Source of the DNA: Corallochytrium limacisporum Hawaii
Lineage: Eukaryota; Protista; Pluriformea
Assembly (NCBI GenBank): GCA_002811645.1
Contig: PDIP01000036.1
Span: forward strand, 62,001 to 126,000
Direction: 5' to 3'
DNA: 64,000 nucleotides
The position numbers and the translations under genes were made by a program. The first letter of the stretch is position 1. Every line of letters starts with the position of its first letter. This document shows, in pieces, positions 55,801 through 64,000 of the stretch. The notes under the pieces are model-generated. The model did not search any database, was not told the origin of the DNA, and saw nothing but the letters and a program-made list of their open reading frames with translations.

Positions 55801-58800
55801 GGCATCCAAAGCTTGGAAAAGAAAATATCCAAGCGATCGCAATAGTGGACTTGTACAAGCTCTGCTCAGCTGGGCAACCGACGGGGGCCAGAGAAGCAGT
55901 GCGAAATCGATTCCCAGTTTTTAAGCTCCAGAGCACCCGTTTCATTTGGGGAAGGAGGAGAGATGGGGTTGGGGGAGGGAGACTGGAGGGAAGGGGTGAA
56001 GATGTGAAAGCAGCCCTTTTTTTGCCGTGTGTTCTCTATAGTGCTTCTTTTCGCTGTCGCAGCGACAAATTGCCACTGTTTTGTCTGTCAGTCACTCTTT
56101 GCCCCGGGGCGGGGGTGGGGAGACAAGGTAATTTAAGAGGTACTCACCTTTGCGAGTATCAGCAACTACATCCAGTGATCGCTGAAACTGGCCCCCATTC
56201 GCGGTCAAACAATTTGCGGGTAAACCCCTTCATAAAGTAGTATGTCCAGTATAGCCATTCCTTGGATTTCTCTGTGCTTCGTTCGATATCCAAATACGGA
56301 CATAGCCTTTTGCCTGAGCACATCGCCCGTCCAGAGGACCAGAAAATATAGCGATATGTCGAACAGGGCCAAAGAATAGAGCACTCCGAACATGCGACGG
56401 AGGAACGCTGTTCTGCGTTTGCATGCGCCGCTTGGGGCAGATTGTTTCAAAGGTTTGCCATACCAGGGAGATCCTCAATGCCATACTTGAGATCTTCCCC
56501 TGGGCTCCCCGTGACTTCGAAAAATGGCTTTTTATGGTCACACTTCAACAGGCGCGAAAAGTATGCCGGTACCATCGTGTATACACGGTGCCGTGCGCCT
56601 TCGCTGAACGATCGACGACGTGGACTATGCAAAAACAATGAGATACTCCAGCCGAAAAGTTAGAAAAGCAAACATTAGGAAGCAGGGACTCCCTATTTTA
56701 CGTTGCTCAACTCAAAATTCATTCGCAGTTTTGCCGTGCATCTGCATCTTCAGACCCAGCCTTTCCTTCTGCTTGCCTAAAAAGGCTCTTGGGTTTTGTA
56801 TAGGACTTCAATGCACCAAGGAATCATAGGCTGCTCAGGAAGGGGAGGGGGTTTCAGTAGTTCTTCTTCTTTTCGCTGCGTGCAGCCCACTGATGATATA
56901 AACACCCAACATCATAGTCTAGACCAAGAGTATAGACCGGCATAAATCTACATAGAGTCACTATACAAAAACGTAAGTTGTCATTGAAATTTTTTTGGAA
57001 CATTTCTTACTGTTCGAAAAATCATTGGTACACTGGAATTCAGAATCCAGCTGTGGCTGAACCCGTGTGAGTTGTCGGGTGGGCTGTGTTCTAAACACAT
57101 AGGGTTGCATACGAAATGGAGGACCAGGTCATAGATTTTCCCAAATCGTCGCATCACTTGGGCATGATCACCACATCCAGCATAGCGTTGGGGATTTCGT
57201 CTGGGTCATAGACGAGAAAATTGTTTTCCATGTGGCAAAAATGTCGACACGCCCAGGCTCACAGGATCCTCCTGACTTCCCGAATTTCACATCCCACCTC
57301 CGGAATCTTCGTCCATGGGTTTCCTTTGAAAACAATTAAAATCCAGCTGACCAGTCCATTCTTCACAGATGCTCAATATGAGATTCGAATAGCCCCCATG
57401 CGAACCAATGTCTAAACTGCCGTCAGAACCCGTGAACAATTCAAGTACCTCCGCCCCCCCCCTCTTCTGAACTAGTCCGCGCTTGCTACCTGTCGCACTT
57501 TGGAGCTCTACGAAGTTTGAGACCAAGGAGACCCACACAAAGCCCTCGAATTTTATTTGACTTGGGCGGAGTTATGCGACTTGTCCCGGTTCCAGCCACT
57601 CAAGAATGAGACGAACAGATGCCTATCCACAAAAATGGCCATAGAGCAGCAACTCACATCGAGGGACCGTGCTGTGATCGAGCTCAGGAATGCGCGAGTG
57701 TGTGTGTCCACAAAGTAGTTGAGGGGGAGCCAGAGAAAAGTTGGACAGTAGCATATCAGTATGCCGGCAGCGGCGGTCGGTCATAACATATGGCAGGAGA
57801 GTCCAGTCCGTCCGTACTCCATCTATCGACCCTCTTGTGGCTTTTTAGTGTTTGGTGGTGGTGGTAAGTTTTCGTATATTTCTGCACTGATGATGCCTCT
57901 TTTCTATGATCGAAGTTGTGTGCACCCCTCGCGCACCAGAAACTCTCCGTTATCAAAGGAGTTGCTCACGGGGCACGCTAACCATCCACCACCGTCCCCA
58001 CAAAACTCTCCAGCCGCGCTCCGATCCCCTGGGGTGAGGGTGAGAGTCTGAGTGACTTCATCTGTTGTGCGTTCAAGCGCGAGTCCATTTCTGCTGTGGT
58101 ATACTTCTTGTCTTTTTCATTCCGGGAGTGGTTCAGAGAGTGGCAGTAATTAACTTACGTACTAAACACGCACAGACACCAACATTGACATCATTGTCGC
58201 TAATCTTAGCTTTTGATGTAGAATTGACACATAGGGACGCTGGCTGAGGTGGTTGATGATGTGTCCCTGGACGCTCCACTAGAACGATGTGAACATCTAG
58301 CTTGGCTTGGTTGAATGGACCCTCAACAAGCAGTGTATTCAGTATGCCGACAATCTTCCCACTGGCCCAAGCCTTATATCATGGACGCAAAGTAGTAGGA
58401 TACAGCCCCGTATACGAGTTAAGCATCAAGCACAGATCCTCACAAAGAACACTGGGTCGTGAATGAGAAACCCCTTGCGCTTCCTACCATTGTAGGGAGC
58501 GTTCACTGAATTCGTCCGCGTGTTTGCCTGACCTTCATAGCTGACCCACAGCTGTTCGACAAAGAGGGCGGTCGGGACCAATACGGTTTGGGCGTGTGGG
58601 TGGATGTAGTCTGGTACTTGTCATGCCTGTAGTACATTGTCTGTTCATCCCAGACACGGGCCCCGAGTTTACTGGGCACGGAAGTGCGTTCTGCATTTGC
58701 GTACCATAATGCCCGACGCCCACATAAAGTTTTTTTTTGTTTGGTGTGTACGTCTTCGCATTTTGTTTGTCCGACCAAACAGTTGCCAAATTGAACCCTA

Positions 58801-61800
58801 CGTCCCTTATATTCTCGTCCCGCAATTTTACTTCAAGTTCCTTCAGTATATTTACTATAGATAAGTATTCTCTTCCTGGTGCAAGAAGCGAAGCGCTCTG
58901 TGCACAGTCTCAGCCTATGTCCGCCCCCACAAGCTCGCTCACCTTTGCTCAGGAGGTTTAGCTAAACACTTAATAGAAGCCGAACCGCAAGCGAACACAC
59001 TCCCTTGACTCACCACCTCACCACGCATTGGCTGACTCAGTTTCTCGGGAGCAACGAAAACACAATATTAAACAACAAACAACAGAACCGGGTTTTCCTC
59101 TAAACTCTGCGGTATGTTATTAACCCCTTTTCTTGCACCGCCATTGCTTTTGCACGCGCTCCCAACATTTTTTAACGTCTTCGTCGTCCGCTTTCAAAAT
59201 TTTCGTTACCCCCCACACACCCCCCTCCTCTCCCTCCCCCGTATGCTCAGACAACAGTCTTTGGGATCGACGGCGTGAACCAGCGAAGGACAGAGTTTCC
59301 TTCGCTCATCGGGGGCCGTTCTTCATCTGCTAAGGGGGGGGGGAGGGGCTTGCAGAGTGAGCACAGTGCTTCACGCCAAGAATCCCTCGTACCTAAAACC
59401 TTTCCGGTCGCGGCACGAGTTTTTTCTCATCCAAATTTTCTATCCTTTTTTGTTATATTGTCTTTCTTGGTTTTCGTTTCTTTAGGTGTTTTGGCCAAAC
59501 CCCTTCTGAAGCACAGTGACTGGAAAGTGAAAGGGCCAGTTTTTGGCGGGCTTTGGGACTGAACGGGGCCGAATATTGCTGCATGCTTGTATGCGTGCGC
59601 CTCCTGGACCACTCCCAATTGTTCCATCTCTTTACAAGGTCATGGAAGTCATGATAGCACACGAACCGTGCTCTCCATTCGGGTTCTCGTGTTTCAAACA
59701 AGCAGTCTGCGTGAATAGTGAAGAACTGTCTGTTTCAAATCGTTCTTGGCACCATTCCCATTTCAAGTATTTTTATGCGCACACACACACACACGGATCC
59801 ATGCATTCGAAACCATTGCGTACCCATCACAACAAATTTTTTTTTAAAAAAAAGACACTACCACTTCAAGAGAGTGATATAACTTTTCAGGGTGGCTGTT
59901 TACGTAGACTCTTCGTGCTGTTACTAGATGGTTGGCGGGGGTGTCTGGCGCACAGTGTGAGAGCCAGCACCCAAATTAGTCGAGTTTTGGTTCAAAATGG
60001 CAAGTGACGGGAGTTTAGTAGTAAATGAATGGCACTTTTCACTGCTAATTCTCCGAGGAAAAGCCAACTGGCCCGGAAAGTGCTGCCATCTGACGTGAAA
60101 TCAGAGAAGGTGAGCAGGCAGGTGAGATTGACTACTCTCCCACCGTTCACCATGATGGTCACACTCGATATTGAACTAGTACCTATCCACATCAACTTTG
60201 TCTGATGATTGATGCGGGCTATCTTCGTGGAAACGGAGGGTGTTGGTATGAAACTGTCTCGCTATGGAAGGGTATGGTTTTGTGTCAAAGATGTTTGAGC
60301 AGATGGATATTAGCCACAAACGGTCATCCATAGATGCTTTCTCAATCCTCCGCCTGGTTCTACAGCTTTCCATACATGTTTGCAAAGCTCCGCACCAGTC
60401 ACATATTGGTGGGCAGTCAGCCGACGATCAGCAGCCTTTAGGTCACTGTGTTCTGAGCAATTGATCTGCCAATATCAACTGGTGTTGTTTACATTGGAAA
60501 CACCCGCAGAGCTCTGCAGAACAGGGTTCCATTTCTCGTCAAACTGCATTCACCGAGGCCAGTGGCGGCGAGGAGTAAGTGACTGGGACGAGTCGAAGAT
60601 CTCTCCATTATCACACAGCCACCATGCCACAGTACCCGAAACGGAGCGGGCCCAAATAGCGAGTATTCAACGTTGCATGTTCGGACAACCTACGGAAAAT
60701 TCCTTTCTTACTGCCCCCGGTTAGCACCGCTTCTGGCTGTACAGTGTGCACGGACAGCTGATGAAATTAGGAGGCCCTACGAAACAGATCCACATTTGGG
60801 TAAACCATCTGGACAAAGCGTATGATACGATTGGATTGTCTTCGGCATGCTGAGTCTGGAACAACCGGGGGCAAGTCTCAGTCGGTTCTGCCTGGGCGGC
60901 AGGCGCAGAGTGAGACAAACAGAATGAGACGATGGAAGGCGTACCAATCACAGTACACGGAGAGAAGGAAAGCATTCCTTTGTCATCTGGATCGTCTTTT
61001 TGGAAGTGGCTGTGAGCACTATGTCTTCGTTTGTCCACAACAGCCACCCACACCGTACCAGACTTTCGTCAATTGACGACCTTCATGGCACCCCTCTCCT
61101 CCATTTCCATCCACTAGTGCAAGCACTCCAATGATTTGAGCATTGGCATCATCAACATCGTCATCTGTATCTTCATCACCACCATCATCTTCGCCGACAT
61201 AGGATCGATAGCAAACAGATACGACTAGCGAACACATAGTAGAGCACAAACAACAGATGGCGACGTAAATTCTTCTCGCCGACAGAATGTTCTCTTTCCT
61301 TCTCGTCTCCGCAATAACAACATTTGGTCAAAGCAATATCAAAGGCATTTTTGTAGGAGCGAGCGAGACGATTGAAGACCGGGTAGAGGGTGTGACGCTC
61401 GCTTCTCTTTCGTCACAGCGCAGGAATCGCAGGGCGGTATCATTTCACTGCCGGGGTGGTGGAGGAAGATAATCAAAAAGTGCCGAAAGCCTTTGCTATG
61501 TGTGCGTTTGTTTCTGGCATCCAATCTCATTCCCTTTTCGGGGGCGGAAAATCCTCGCTTGTGGCGAACCAACAAGAATTGAGCGGGCACGGTCTTGGTC
61601 CCTTTTGATCGGCTGTCTTTTGCTCTCGTGGTGGTCTGTGGATGTATAGTCTGACTTTGCGCGAGCAAGCAACTCGATAACCAGTGAATGCATGTGCGCA
61701 GGCATATGCAATGGAGTGCCTTTTGCAAGCGATGGAGGAGCATAGAAGGTCCGGAAACTGGTGACTAGGTGCGCGAGCCACCGCATTCACTCCATAGTGT

Positions 61801-63455
61801 AGAGTGATCCTCTCTCCATGTGCAAGTCACTGTCGTGAATAGGGATAACTTGGAGAGCTGTCATTTGACGGGCATGTGCGACTGGTATGTTGAGCTGTCC
61901 GTCTGCTTCCTGTTACTCTCATTCAATACGGCAGAAAACATCTCGACAATGTATGTGTGCTAGAGTAGCACCCGCGGTCACAGAGCAACGCCAGCACACT
62001 GGCCAAAACGATAAGCGGACAAGCACGAGCATGCGCTGGTCTCCCAACACAAAAACGCCTCGAAGCAACGAAGGAAGATCGCCGCTATCAACTGGAGAAC
62101 CTACCACTCAATGGCGTGTGTAGGTCCCGTTTGTTATCGCGGTACTCGTCCTCTTCGCGATAAGTGTTCAAACATCATACAAAATGGCCTCATTTTTTTC
62201 GCGGTTACAGATCAATCTCCGTGCAAAGCATTCTCAGCATGAATCAATGCCCTGCATCCTATTCTTTCAAATGTCCGTGCACCGAAACACAAGCGCCGGT
62301 TTTCGTGTGGGTGTTGAAACACGAGCTCAGAGTGTGCTTGACTCGCTCGCTGGCAGAGACCCAGACAACAGCACACAGCAGCAGCAGCGAGCTCACTAAT
62401 TGCCTGGCCGCAAGAGTCAAAACATCCCCCCGGGGGGCCTTCGTTTCGGCCGGCCGGTAGAATAGCCCTTTTTTATTTGGTCCGGTGCGCGTCCTGCCCC
62501 GCGGCACCCACCCACTCCCTCCCCTCCCCTCACCCAAAACGAAAAACCCTGCCCTCCTCCCCTCCCTTCCGGCTTTTGGGTGATTGTCACAGTCTGGACC
62601 CGCCTGCCCCCTTCGTCTCAAACTGGGCCCCCACCGAAAGTTGCTTTACAAGTTGTTGATTATTGAATCATCCCTTATTGCATATCTGAGATTGGGAAGT
62701 TTGCATAGATAATGTACTGCTAATGTTGACCATAATTGGCCATGTATTGACTACGTCGGGTCCGTTTTGGGTTAAGTTTCATTTATCCCCGCATCATACA
62801 CCTCCCCCGCATTACAAAATGATTACCTTTGATACTGAACAAATACAATATTACGCCCATGTCTGAATATGCGTCTAGGAATGCTGTGTGCTGTAAGTAC
62901 TCAAAGACTAACTACCAGCACGCACAAACCCTTTCGTTCGTCTCCATGCTTCGGACTGGAAGGGCGGCTGCGTTACTGTCACAAGGGAGAGAGAATAGCA
63001 CAAGGGGGGAGACGAAGGCCACCGCCCTTTCTTTTTGGTTCTGAAAGCCCCCTCCCCCGGGCGGACTGGAACGACAGCAAAAACACCCCGAGCCGTCGGG
63101 TTTGTGGCAAGAGAAGAACGTTGAGCACGAAATACCAAACAATGGACAAACCCAAGAAAAAAGACAATAAGAAAGGTATGAGGAAAAATAGGAACCATGG
63201 AAAACGTCCGCGAAGGCTCTTCTTGTCCGTGTAAAACGAACAGAAGTAAATACACAAGGGCAAACAGGAATGTTCAATCTTTTGCTGGTCGCGGCCCATC
63301 TCAGTCATGTCGGGTCAGTCAAATCGAGCAGAGGGCTGCGGATGGTCCCGGGTGTATCACACACTCGCGTCGATGATGAATTGAAGAATCTCTATCTCGT
63401 CGGAAATTCCGATGGATGGTGTCACGTACACAGTAACGAGGGGGTACGCTTGCGC

Positions 63456-63553
63456 CACACACTCACACACACTCACACACAGGCACACACACACTGGCAC
63501 ACACACAGGCACACACACACAGGCACACACATACATACATACATACACACACA
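63456..63553 (+). repeat. Compound degenerate (CA)n/(CATA)n microsatellite
   Basis: CA runs interrupted by CT/GG, followed by (ACAT) units. Confidence 0.85.
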
Positions 63554-64000
63554 GAGCACATCGATCTTCGATGCAGTTCTGGACACTCTGCTCACCCTAA
63601 GCTCTACATTCTGGAGAAAACCATCCAACTGGTGGGCGCGAAAGGATTGGGACGCCACGATGTGTTCGCTAAATAGTCGTATTTCCCACTAAGTGGTACA
63701 GTATGTGTAGCAAGAGACAGTTATTTAGTACTGGGAATCGAATCCCTGTGCACTTGGTGGGCATACTTAATTTACATCAACCGCACCCCTCCGCGATGCG
63801 CTGACCGTGTCGCCTTGACAGGCAAGGGACTCATCCCGCCCTTTCTAACAAGGCGCATCGCGCACTAACTCATTCAGTATCGAGATGCACCTGCCTTCGA
63901 CGCCACCCACCCCTTCTCTCTCCCACCCCTTGCCACCCAGTTATGGAGAGAATCCCCGTGCATTTCATCGTTTTTTCTCGCTAAAAGATCTCTCCTCCCC

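Noticed and set aside
61019-61249. Short ORF with an acidic stretch (GEDDGGDEDTDDDVDD)
   Set aside because: Arises from a degenerate (CAT/GAT)n tract; no domain or other coding evidence.
63730-63800. Minus-strand GGGATTCGATTCCC, tRNA-like hairpin
   Set aside because: No D-arm, anticodon arm or acceptor stem can be built.

Overview
Eukaryotic nuclear DNA from a compact genome with essentially no coding introns. Positions 1-47 kb hold 19 single-exon protein genes, mostly in alternating head-to-head and tail-to-tail orientation: a TRF/Tbf1-like telomere-binding candidate, RRP5, mitoribosomal mL59, SIRT1, RPL36, CSN3, NAA40, adenylosuccinate synthetase, an orphan secreted/GPI-type protein, CMC2, BiP, a divergent RabGGTase-beta-like gene, a MAPR cytochrome-b5 protein, an SSAT-type GNAT, a DUF711 protein, an orphan, a full RdgB-alpha/PITPNM, THOC5, a degenerate FKBP and a minimal Phactr/Bni4-like PP1 cofactor (20 CDS listed in total, counting both orphans). 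The last ~17 kb (46.8-64 kb) has no credible CDS. Animal-type architectures (PITPNM; SIRT1 with its N- and C-terminal regulatory segments) together with no coding introns suggest a unicellular holozoan such as Corallochytrium; this is inference and unverified. Four N-gaps lie in G/C-homopolymer-rich upstream regions. I found no tRNA, rRNA, CRISPR array or transposon. Best leads: the TRFH plus divergent telobox protein, the RPEL-less mini-Phactr, an in-frame His-rich extension behind the stop of the GPI-type protein, paired ERSE-like elements upstream of BiP, and two adjacent bacterial-like genes. All family calls come from remembered motifs, not database searches.
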